Below are positions 20,001 to 27,412 of a DNA stretch of 64,000 bases, one piece after another; within the stretch, counting starts at the first letter, position 1, and every line of letters begins with the position of its first letter. The position numbers and the translations under genes are program-made. Below the pieces are notes generated by a model. That model had not been told where the DNA came from, did no database searches, and worked only from the letters and a program-made list of their open reading frames with translations. Origin of the DNA: an uncultured virus (IMG/VR IMGVR_UViG_3300027963_003549) (taxonomy: Duplodnaviria; Heunggongvirae; Uroviricota; Caudoviricetes). The DNA lies in IMG/VR virus record IMGVR_UViG_3300027963_003549; one strand, written 5' to 3'.

Positions 20001-20292
20001 CTAATATTCTTGTTACAAATAATTGATTTGATTGTTGTAAATATGATTTTGCAATATACGCCATTTCATATTTAGGAATTTGTGTGTTTACAAATTTCTC
20101 AGTTGAAGTTCCACCGAAATATGTTTCGTACTCATCAAAACTAGTGATAAAAATAGGTTCAAAAGCAGGCCCTTTAAGAGCTTCACCAACTAAACCTAGT
20201 GTAGTAACACCAACACTTTGAGCAACAAAACTTAAATCTCTTTCTGAAGTATATACTCCAGGTGAAACGAATACCTTATTTGATGTAGCCAT
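17083..20292 (-). CDS. Tail sheath protein with insertions (1069 aa)
   Basis: N-terminal SPGVYTSERDLS..GEALKGPAFEP; C-terminal PWFASAGYTRG..LYQGRINPI..WGNKTL..RLNVRRLL..FEQND..IKPTKSLEFI. Confidence 0.95.
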   Translation of the reverse strand: MATSNKVFVSPGVYTSERDLSFVAQSVGVTTLGLVGEALKGPAFEPIFITSFDEYETYFGGTSTEKFVNTQIPKYEMAYIAKSYLQQSNQLFVTRILGLSGYDAGPSWTIKTIANPNTTTIGLTGSTPVGFTVTFSANSTGTVNILTNGLSAYTDVNTSYTKIDGSTSTFTTDLQNFLLTVFGNDTAAVVQVNSASTSYIFGSLPAATNTTYTSGSYTASTNVLGVYNTNASSQDYTSYLNDPWYYSLFNISTGNNYFGRSFVTFLSSLSGGLSAGSYTSYTGTISGQTFGWSGTAYSAYNNMVVATLRSRGVSNYGSGVAGPDYVVSAASNVNLIDINTGVTKNPYTEFRITGLTTTSSPTSFSITASMQQTGANYLSKVLSKDNFAIDRTVIPLFVEEIYPNLLNFGYNKGYIRGLSTSLIQLPGLRAASTTGTMAYFLDPYQTPRSPWVVSELRGNKVYELFKVITISDGNAANTQVKISILNMSFNNLTFDIAVRDFYDTDTNPVILEKFTNCTMDPSQNSYVGVKVGTSDGEYQLNSKFIMLELNYDAPVDAIPCGFEGLVERTYSSTSNVPPQPVYKTKYDFPGEVIYNPPFGNATGSADNSTTSSGDKVRTTYLGFSSQLGIDSDLFQYKGKQNPTSICNEASDWTYQTKGYHMDSGATVVTIANSYLSSGTSAFEVGSVSFTTDPTDPTNPYYKIQSRKFTFLVQGGFDGWDIYRERRTNGDEFILGGSGYKKGVSPTCDTRYPSATGWGAFRPYTYGNNITDYATTDYYAYLLGIQTFANPEATNINVFATPGIDYVNNSNLVEDAIEMVEQERADSIYITTTPDIDLLVSTVDTQDFIDPTEAVNTLDDTGIDSNYTATYYPWILVRDTVNNTQIYLPSTGEVCRNLALTDNIAFPWFASAGYTRGLVSSVKARRKLTQTDRDTLYQGRINPIATFSDVGTVIWGNKTLQVAQSALDRLNVRRLLLQARKLISAVAVRLLFEQNDEKVRQDFLDAVNPILDSIRRDRGLYDFRVTVSSSPEDLDRNQLVGKVYIKPTKSLEFIDIEFLITPTGASFENI

Positions 20293-20350
20293 TATAATAA
20301 AAGTTTTTTAATTTATTTACCATAAATACTTTACTTTTAACCAAAAACCT

Positions 20351-20375
20351 AAGATAATATAAAGTTCATTATCTT
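20351..20375. promoter_or_regulatory. Inverted repeat between the divergent sheath and RHH genes (candidate operator)
   Basis: AAGATAAT-N9-ATTATCTT. Confidence 0.35.
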
Positions 20376-20414
20376 TATTTCTACCAAAAATATCTTTTTT
20401 TGATATTTACCGAT

Positions 20415-20573
20415 ATGGATAGTGAAAAACTAAAAAATATAAAGATTGGTAAAACATCTCACGATTTATTAAAAGCATATTGTGATGATCGTGGTCTTAA
20501 AATTTATAAGTTTTTAGAAAAATTAATTAAAGAAAATTGTAAACCTAAAAAAGACTTATATGGTGATAATTAA
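20415..20573 (+). CDS. Small ribbon-helix-helix-like DNA-binding protein (52 aa)
   Basis: Manual translation, absent from the ORF track: MDSEKLKNIKIGKTSHDLLKAYCDDRGLKIYKFLEKLIKENCKPKKDLYGDN*. Shows a strand-helix-G-helix pattern. Confidence 0.7.
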   Translation: MDSEKLKNIKIGKTSHDLLKAYCDDRGLKIYKFLEKLIKENCKPKKDLYGDN

Positions 20574-21604
20574 ACCAATACGTTCTTAAATATTATAAAT
20601 CCATTTTGTCCTGAATTTGTCAAAGTTACTTCTGTCTTAAGAATATCCCCCGAATTTATTTGAAGTGTAGAACCTGTGAATAAGACATTATTAATATACG
20701 TTAAATAATTTGAAATGTTACTAGAATCATTATAACTTACATTAACTTTGTATTCAATAGTTCTCGTATCTGAAGTATATGATGAATTAAAATCTATTTT
20801 TGTCTCAAAAGTTTCAGGATTTTCAGGATATTTTTTCCTTTTTTGACTTGGTTTAGCGGTTCCTAACTCAAACATTGTAAATTGTCTTGATATCGCGGGT
20901 TTAACTTGAAATTCGTTTTCATCCAATAGAAACCCTTGAAGGGTAAATGTGTATTTTTGTAAATAGAATTTTCGTTTCTCAAGATCCATTACTGATTCAT
21001 CAGCGATATCACCTCTAAGTATTGGAATATAATGTCCTTTTATAATGGTATACGCTTGTCGAGATGCAAACTTCTCCATTATAACTTTGTTAAATGAGTT
21101 AATTTCTCTCATTCTATTACATATGATATAAACATTGTATGTTATATCTATAGGTACTGGTTGTGGTATAGTATAAACGTCAACACCTTTTCTTGTTCCG
21201 TCCCAAGTTGGTACTGCAATATATTGATATTGTCTCCTATTTGGGATATTAAACATTCCCCCATAAGTTTGACCAAACTGAACTTCAGGTACTCTAACAA
21301 CGGTTATAAATGGTAAAGATACATTTTTATCTAAATCCTGAGTGTCCCAAGTTTGAGTAAATTGTGCCCAATTTTGTGTTGTTATAATAAGATCCAAAGT
21401 TGGAACTACTTTACCTTCACTTACAATTTGTAATTCATCTTTAACAAAATCTAAAAATCCTCTATCTAAATCAGCGTGTAATATAGATTTAGGTAAATAA
21501 GTCCCATCTTCATTGATTTTATCAAGAAGTTCCTGTCTTCTAGCAGGACCTATTTTAGGTTCAACTAAAGGTAATGTAGGTATAATTTTCTTTGGTAATG
21601 CCAT
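20570..21604 (-). CDS. Tail terminator/sheath stabiliser-like protein (gp15-like)
   Basis: LPFITVVR and PQPVPIDITYNVYI motifs. Lies between neck and sheath genes. Confidence 0.6.
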   Translation of the reverse strand: MALPKKIIPTLPLVEPKIGPARRQELLDKINEDGTYLPKSILHADLDRGFLDFVKDELQIVSEGKVVPTLDLIITTQNWAQFTQTWDTQDLDKNVSLPFITVVRVPEVQFGQTYGGMFNIPNRRQYQYIAVPTWDGTRKGVDVYTIPQPVPIDITYNVYIICNRMREINSFNKVIMEKFASRQAYTIIKGHYIPILRGDIADESVMDLEKRKFYLQKYTFTLQGFLLDENEFQVKPAISRQFTMFELGTAKPSQKRKKYPENPETFETKIDFNSSYTSDTRTIEYKVNVSYNDSSNISNYLTYINNVLFTGSTLQINSGDILKTEVTLTNSGQNGFIIFKNVLV

Positions 21605-21606
21605 TA

Positions 21607-22122
21607 TTAAATTCCATTAAATTCATTTCTATTAACAGGAACCGCAACAAATGTTCTGTAAAATGGTTTATATCCCCCATATGTATGTTTCAAATCAGAT
21701 GTAACACGACCATCATTTGCCACACTATAATACCTAACCTTAGTTTCTGTTTCATAATATGCAACATAATCACCAAATTCAATCTCTATACTAAGTTCAT
21801 CCAATTCCTTTTGATAAACCGAGAATGTCATATTACCAGGTTCCATCTGATCTAACTTACTATTCCCAATAAATTTGTTTTCAGGTGCAACAATTTTAAC
21901 ATAAGCCTTAAACTCAACTGGTGGCAAATAAGTAATACCACCTTCAGGTGTTTCACCATAAACGTCATCTTTTTTGGATTTACCTTTATCTACTTTATAT
22001 AAAACCAATGTGAAGTTCATGTCACCCTCCAACCATTCACGACCCATTTCAATGTCTAAGTCATAGTCTTCGGCGCCAAAAAACTTTCCTAATCTTGTTA
22101 TCGGTACTTTACGCTCTGCCAT
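21607..22122 (-). CDS. Neck/head-closure protein (gp14-like)
   Basis: DDVYGE motif, beta-rich, 171 aa, upstream of the tail terminator gene. Confidence 0.5.
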   Translation of the reverse strand: MAERKVPITRLGKFFGAEDYDLDIEMGREWLEGDMNFTLVLYKVDKGKSKKDDVYGETPEGGITYLPPVEFKAYVKIVAPENKFIGNSKLDQMEPGNMTFSVYQKELDELSIEIEFGDYVAYYETETKVRYYSVANDGRVTSDLKHTYGGYKPFYRTFVAVPVNRNEFNGI

Positions 22123-22164
22123 ATTGATAAATACTTGATTGTTTATTATATTTACCTTTTAAGT

Positions 22165-24462
22165 ATGAATGAAATAAAAATCAATCAACCGCTTGAAATT
22201 AGAGCACTTGATGTCCTTGATAATTATTCAGGGGCAAACAACTATATTATCAAATTAAAAATCAAAAAAGACACTAATAAAAAGTTCTATCCTACGAGAA
22301 ATCAAGCAGAATATATCTTATCGTATAAAGACACCACACCTAAAATTGCAAGAAAATGGGTTGAACTTGATATGTATTTTGCTAACAAACTTGCAGATGA
22401 AAAATTATTAACGGAAGTTCCAACAAAAATATGGGTTGAGAAGTTATTAGTGGAAAAAGACACATCGTATCACATTTGGGGAAAATTTAATGAACACGAG
22501 GAGTTATATGATTTTTGGATGCCAAAATCAGGAATTATTAAAGACAACTCCATTAAAGTTAATATTGATTATGAAAAGTATTCTCATAGACCTCCATTGT
22601 CTCATCAAATAGAAGGTATTGAAAAATTAGTTGGAAATAAGAAATATATTTTAGCAGATGATATGGGGCTAGGAAAGACGACACAAGCGATTATCGCAGC
22701 TTTGGAAACGGGTGTTGATAAGATTTTGATTATTAGTCCCGCATCATTAAAGATTAACTGGCAACGTGAAATTGAAAATTATACGGATCGTTCAGTTGCC
22801 ATCATTGATGGTAAAAAATGGGAATCCGCAGATTTCGTTATTGTAAATTACGACATCTTAAAGAATTTTCACGATCCAAAAAATAGAGAAAATAGTCAGA
22901 TATTAAATGAAGGTTTTGGTTTGGTTGTTTTAGATGAATGTTTTACATACGATACTAAAATTATCACTGAATTTGGTGAAAAAAATATTGGAGATATTGT
23001 AGAGAATGGGTTAGATGTTAAAATTTTAACATTTAATCACAAAAATAAAATTTTTGAATATAAAAAAATAAATAGATGGATTAGAAAAAATAAAGACACT
23101 ATATACAAAATAAAACTCAACAACGGGCGATTTATAGAGTGTACTGATAATCATAAGTTCTATGTAAATAATAAAGGATATGTTAAAGCAAAGGACCTCA
23201 CATCAACCGATGACTTGTATATGTTGTCAAAAACCACTTTCAAAGAAACAAATTTGGAAGAAGGGAAAATGTTGTTTAAAGAGTTGTTCATCAATAATAA
23301 GGAACAAAATATCACCACAAAAACCAAAGGAATTGAATTCGTTAGGGTGGAAAGTATTGAGATTTTGGAACGAGGAAGTTATGATAAATCCACAAATGTG
23401 TATTCAAAAAATACAAGAGTTTATGATTTAGAAATTGAGGATAATCATAACTATTTTGCTAACAATATCTTAGTAAGTAATTGTCATTATATTCAAAACA
23501 CACAAGCACAGAGAACAAAACTAATCAATGATTTTGTTAAAAAAATTGATAGATTATGGTTATTGACAGGTACACCAATCACATCAAGACCAATCAATTA
23601 TTATAACTTATTGAATTTAATTGATTCCCCCGTTGCCATGAATTGGATGGCATATGTTATCAGATATTGTGAAGGGTATCAATTCAGTGTTGGTAAAAGA
23701 AAAATATGGAATGTTAGTGGTGCGTCAAATCTTGAAGAACTTCGTGATAGGACATCTCGTCAAGTGTTAAGACGTTTGAAAACCGATGTATTGGATCTAC
23801 CCGAAAAAATCATAACACCAGTTTATCTTAAATTAAAATCTTATGAATACGAGAGATTGATGGGCGAGTATTATGATTGGTACGATAAATCTGAAGACTC
23901 AACATCATTGACCGTTCAATTTACCAAACTAATGAAAGTTAGACAGGTAATTTCAGAAGAGAAAGTTAAATCAACAATTGAGTTATGTGAGAATATTATT
24001 GAACAAGGTAAGAAGGTCATTGTATTTACCAATTTTACTAACTCGTTAAATACTATCTTATCTCATTTTGGAAAAAAAGCCGTTGGTCTTGATGGTAGTA
24101 TGTCACAAGGAATGAGACAAGATAATGTTGATAAATTCCAAAATGATGAAAATATTATGGTATTTGTTGGGAATATCAAAGCTGCAGGTGTTGGTATTAC
24201 CTTAACATCCGCCGAGGTTGTAGTTATGAACGACTTATCATTTGTACCTTCAGACCATTCACAAGCAGAAGATCGTGCATATAGATACGGACAAAAGAAT
24301 AACGTTTTGGTATATTACCCTATTTTTGATAATACAATTGAGGGTATCATATATAATATCCTACAGAAAAAGAAAAACATATTTGAAACCGTTATGGGTG
24401 ATAATTTAAGTAAGGGTGATTTTGTTGAGGAGATTATGACCCTAATCAACACTAGAAGATAA
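22165..24462 (+). CDS. SNF2-family (HARP/SMARCAL1-like) helicase containing an intein
   Basis: LADDMGLGKT, WQREI, DE[intein]CH, LLTGTP, AAGVGITL, QAEDRAYRYGQ. Start moved to ATG 22165 (MNEIK). Confidence 0.92.
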   Translation: MNEIKINQPLEIRALDVLDNYSGANNYIIKLKIKKDTNKKFYPTRNQAEYILSYKDTTPKIARKWVELDMYFANKLADEKLLTEVPTKIWVEKLLVEKDTSYHIWGKFNEHEELYDFWMPKSGIIKDNSIKVNIDYEKYSHRPPLSHQIEGIEKLVGNKKYILADDMGLGKTTQAIIAALETGVDKILIISPASLKINWQREIENYTDRSVAIIDGKKWESADFVIVNYDILKNFHDPKNRENSQILNEGFGLVVLDECFTYDTKIITEFGEKNIGDIVENGLDVKILTFNHKNKIFEYKKINRWIRKNKDTIYKIKLNNGRFIECTDNHKFYVNNKGYVKAKDLTSTDDLYMLSKTTFKETNLEEGKMLFKELFINNKEQNITTKTKGIEFVRVESIEILERGSYDKSTNVYSKNTRVYDLEIEDNHNYFANNILVSNCHYIQNTQAQRTKLINDFVKKIDRLWLLTGTPITSRPINYYNLLNLIDSPVAMNWMAYVIRYCEGYQFSVGKRKIWNVSGASNLEELRDRTSRQVLRRLKTDVLDLPEKIITPVYLKLKSYEYERLMGEYYDWYDKSEDSTSLTVQFTKLMKVRQVISEEKVKSTIELCENIIEQGKKVIVFTNFTNSLNTILSHFGKKAVGLDGSMSQGMRQDNVDKFQNDENIMVFVGNIKAAGVGITLTSAEVVVMNDLSFVPSDHSQAEDRAYRYGQKNNVLVYYPIFDNTIEGIIYNILQKKKNIFETVMGDNLSKGDFVEEIMTLINTRR
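22939..23481 (+). mobile_element. Mini-intein (181 aa) inserted in helicase motif II
   Basis: Block A CFTYDTKI, block B IECTDNHKFY, blocks F/G VYDLEIEDNHNYFANNILVSN followed by +1 Cys. Splicing restores VLDECHYIQN. Confidence 0.92.
23180..23431 (+). pseudogene. Out-of-frame Zn-finger plus Vsr/DUF559 C-terminal remnant nested in the intein
   Basis: CICCQKPLSKKQIWKKGKCCLKSC followed by LNSLGWKVLRFWNEEV..PQMCIQKI. No D..E.DG..H catalytic core visible. Confidence 0.6.
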
Positions 24463-24478
24463 TGATATATTTATCATT

Positions 24479-25153
24479 ATGAAACAATTAGAAAGAAAGA
24501 TAGAATTACTTGAAACGATATTGGAAGGTAAAAACGTTTTTGAGGCGAATTACAAAGCACAAAAATTGGATTATAACCCTAATTCTTTATCCGACTTCAT
24601 AGACAAGGAAACTATGGATGTCCATTATAATGGACATTACAAAACGTACATCAAAAAATTAAATGATCTTCTACCTGATGATCAAACAATTCCAATTGAG
24701 GGTTTAATTAAAAAAATATCAAGGTATAATAGAAAGGTGAGAAATAATGCCGGTGGTGTTTATAATCATCAACTTTTTTGGAAAATGTTATCACCAAATA
24801 AGACAAAACCATCAGAGGAGTTATTAGATAAAATCATTAAAGATTTTGGTTCTTACGATGATTTTAGAAAAAAGTTTGAGAGGGTTGCTCAAGATAAATT
24901 TGGTTCAGGATGGGTTTGGTTGGTTGTTGGAAGTAATGGAAAACTTCGTGTTACTTCAACATCAAATCAAGATAACCCTGAGATGAATAATATTAGAGGT
25001 GGAGGAAAAGTTTTATTAGGCCTTGACATTTGGGAACATGCGTATTATCTTCGCTACCTAAATAAGAGAGACCAATACATCAAGAACTTTTGGAAGGTTG
25101 TAAATTGGGATTTCGTAAATTCAGAGTATCAGAAACTTAAACCAAAAAAATAA
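24479..25153 (+). CDS. sod: Fe/Mn superoxide dismutase with an N-terminal extension
   Basis: HYNGHYKTY, NNAGGVYNHQLFW, FGSGWVWL, NQDNP, DIWEHAYY. Confidence 0.95.
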   Translation: MKQLERKIELLETILEGKNVFEANYKAQKLDYNPNSLSDFIDKETMDVHYNGHYKTYIKKLNDLLPDDQTIPIEGLIKKISRYNRKVRNNAGGVYNHQLFWKMLSPNKTKPSEELLDKIIKDFGSYDDFRKKFERVAQDKFGSGWVWLVVGSNGKLRVTSTSNQDNPEMNNIRGGGKVLLGLDIWEHAYYLRYLNKRDQYIKNFWKVVNWDFVNSEYQKLKPKK

Positions 25154-25956
25154 TGAAAAAACCATTTGTAATTAACGAGGAAAAAGTAATTAAGGATCGT
25201 TATTACCACGTTGAATATTTTCAATTGTTTTCAGAAAACAAAGACTTAAAGAACAAATACAAAATTGGTATCATAGAAATACTTAAATCCACATTCAGTG
25301 AATATTGGGGAAAACAGGGTGATGATGTTGAGGGTATTTATGATTTTGAATGTGGTGGAAGATCAGTTTTAAACTATCTTTCATCAAACATTATGGTGTT
25401 TTGTGTCTTAGTTAAAGAGATAAATAAAGTCTTGTTGAAAGTTGGACAACCATTGTTGGACTTTGGTAATACCAAGGAGTCTCAAAAAGTAACGATAGAA
25501 CGTATGATGACAATATTGAAAAGTAATTCGTCAAAAATATTCAATGAGGAACATACGATATTCAACACAATTATGTCAAAATTAACTGAGACATACGAAA
25601 AAGGTAAAAAAACCGAATTAAACGTATTTCCTTTACTTAAAAAAGTCTATGGTGAGGATAATGTTATCATTTCTAGTGGATCAGGTAAAAAGGACGATAT
25701 GTTTGGTGGTGTTGATGTCACCATCAACATTGATGGTGTTAATAAAACAGGTCAAATAAAACCATACCAAAAAATTGAAAAAAGTGATGGATTTATTAAG
25801 TTTGTTGGAGCAGGACTAGTAAAGTCCTATAGTACTGATTTTTTGATTTTCAATAACACGAAAGAACTATATGTCGTTAAGAACAATCAAACCATTATTG
25901 TTAATGGTGATTACAAATTTCCAATCGAGTCTGTCGTTCATATATTATCAAAGTGA
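25153..25956 (+). CDS. Hypothetical protein with a possible PD-(D/E)XK-like C-terminal domain
   Basis: E..(V)..DDMFGGVDV....TGQIKP pattern. Confidence 0.4.
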   Translation: MKKPFVINEEKVIKDRYYHVEYFQLFSENKDLKNKYKIGIIEILKSTFSEYWGKQGDDVEGIYDFECGGRSVLNYLSSNIMVFCVLVKEINKVLLKVGQPLLDFGNTKESQKVTIERMMTILKSNSSKIFNEEHTIFNTIMSKLTETYEKGKKTELNVFPLLKKVYGEDNVIISSGSGKKDDMFGGVDVTINIDGVNKTGQIKPYQKIEKSDGFIKFVGAGLVKSYSTDFLIFNNTKELYVVKNNQTIIVNGDYKFPIESVVHILSK

Positions 25957-25980
25957 TTGATATTTATATGAAAAAAGACT

Positions 25981-27093
25981 ATGGCAATTATTCCTGAACC
26001 AGAAAGAAGTCAATTATACAAAAGAATTAAAAATCTTTTAGGTGCCCCAATCCGTTCTGTTGAGATTGAGGATGAAATGATGGATTCCCTTATGGAATTA
26101 TCCATAGGTGATTACTCACAATACGTTTTGGATTGGTTGATTGAATCACAATGGACTTCCCTATATGGATTAAATCTTGATGAAAAATCAGTTGCAAATG
26201 CTCTTGTTAGGAGAACATTAGATTGGGAAACCCAATACACTTACGCTTACTCAAAAATTGTGGGATTACAAACAAATGGTCCTTGGGTGTTAAAACAAGA
26301 TTATTTTGAACTTAAACCAAATCAACAATTATATGAAATTCCTGCGGGTAGAGAAGTTAATGAGTTGATGTGGTACACAAGACCCGCATTAAATAACACA
26401 TTATTTGATCCTTGGTCAATGGGATTTTTAGGTGGTCCTGGTATTGGTGGTCCTGCCGGATTCTCTCAAATGGGTTTCCAAGGAGGATACTTTATGATGT
26501 CGGCTTATGATATGGTTGCTCGTATGCAAGATATCAATCTTAAATCAAGAATTTTAGGTTCCGATCTTACCTATAGAATTACCGCACTTCCTGACGGAAA
26601 GAAAATGGTTCACTTATTAAACGTTCCTGGTGGTAAGTTTAATTTTGGAAATATCGGATATAATCAATACCGAGTTTTTTATTGGTATTATGATACTACC
26701 GATGATAATAGAGATTCGTGTTTAGCCGCAAATCCCGACATTGTTAAATTACCTTCCGATGTTCCATTAGAAAATTTATCTTGGGTAGATTTGAATGTAC
26801 CAGCACAACAATGGGTTCGTCGTTGGTTTACGGCTTACGTTAAAGAAACTTTATCAAGAGTTAGGGGTAAATACTCGGGTAATTTAAAGACTCCCGATTC
26901 AGAACTTCAAATGGAATATACAACACTTCAGACTGAAGCTAAAGACGAAAAATCTACACTTTTAGAGGAACTTAAATTACGTTTAGAAAGACTACGACCT
27001 GAAAAACAAATGGAGAAAGAAGCGTCTATCGCTGAAAACCTAAATAAACAACTTAAATTCAGAGCGTTTAAAGTACCAATTCAAGCGATATAA
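25981..27093 (+). CDS. Neck/head-tail adaptor protein (T4 gp13-like)
   Basis: IKNLLGAPIRSVEIEDEMM..WVRRWFTAYVKETLSRVRGKYS matches the gp13-type pattern. Confidence 0.75.
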   Translation: MAIIPEPERSQLYKRIKNLLGAPIRSVEIEDEMMDSLMELSIGDYSQYVLDWLIESQWTSLYGLNLDEKSVANALVRRTLDWETQYTYAYSKIVGLQTNGPWVLKQDYFELKPNQQLYEIPAGREVNELMWYTRPALNNTLFDPWSMGFLGGPGIGGPAGFSQMGFQGGYFMMSAYDMVARMQDINLKSRILGSDLTYRITALPDGKKMVHLLNVPGGKFNFGNIGYNQYRVFYWYYDTTDDNRDSCLAANPDIVKLPSDVPLENLSWVDLNVPAQQWVRRWFTAYVKETLSRVRGKYSGNLKTPDSELQMEYTTLQTEAKDEKSTLLEELKLRLERLRPEKQMEKEASIAENLNKQLKFRAFKVPIQAI

Positions 27094-27094
27094 T

Positions 27095-27412
27095 ATGCAA
27101 CAAGTTAAAAGAACAATTGTAAGAACAAGTTTACCTGATCAAAGAAGAACTTTAGTTAGTGATTTAGACATAATCACAACTAGTGGGGAATCATTAGTTA
27201 TTGCAAAAAATAATTGTAAGATTAAATTAAACTCACAATTGGGTGATTCAATAATCGTTAAAGTATTAAATGGAGCACTCATCATTCCTGATTTAGGTCG
27301 TATTGACGAAGAATGGGATGAAATTATTTTAGAAAAAGGCGCCTGTGTTGATTTCAGGTTTGTTGAGGGAAACTGGTATATTCTATCATCAGATGGGTTG
27401 AAAACAGTTTAA
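27095..27412 (+). CDS. Hypothetical beta-rich protein, probably structural (105 aa)
   Basis: ORF track. Translationally coupled to the neck gene. Confidence 0.55.
   Translation: MQQVKRTIVRTSLPDQRRTLVSDLDIITTSGESLVIAKNNCKIKLNSQLGDSIIVKVLNGALIIPDLGRIDEEWDEIILEKGACVDFRFVEGNWYILSSDGLKTV

Noticed and set aside
427..22122. Bacterial extracellular contractile injection system (Afp/PVC) or T6SS
   Set aside because: Neck proteins, a family B polymerase, an intein-bearing helicase, a homing endonuclease and the absence of host housekeeping genes indicate a phage genome.
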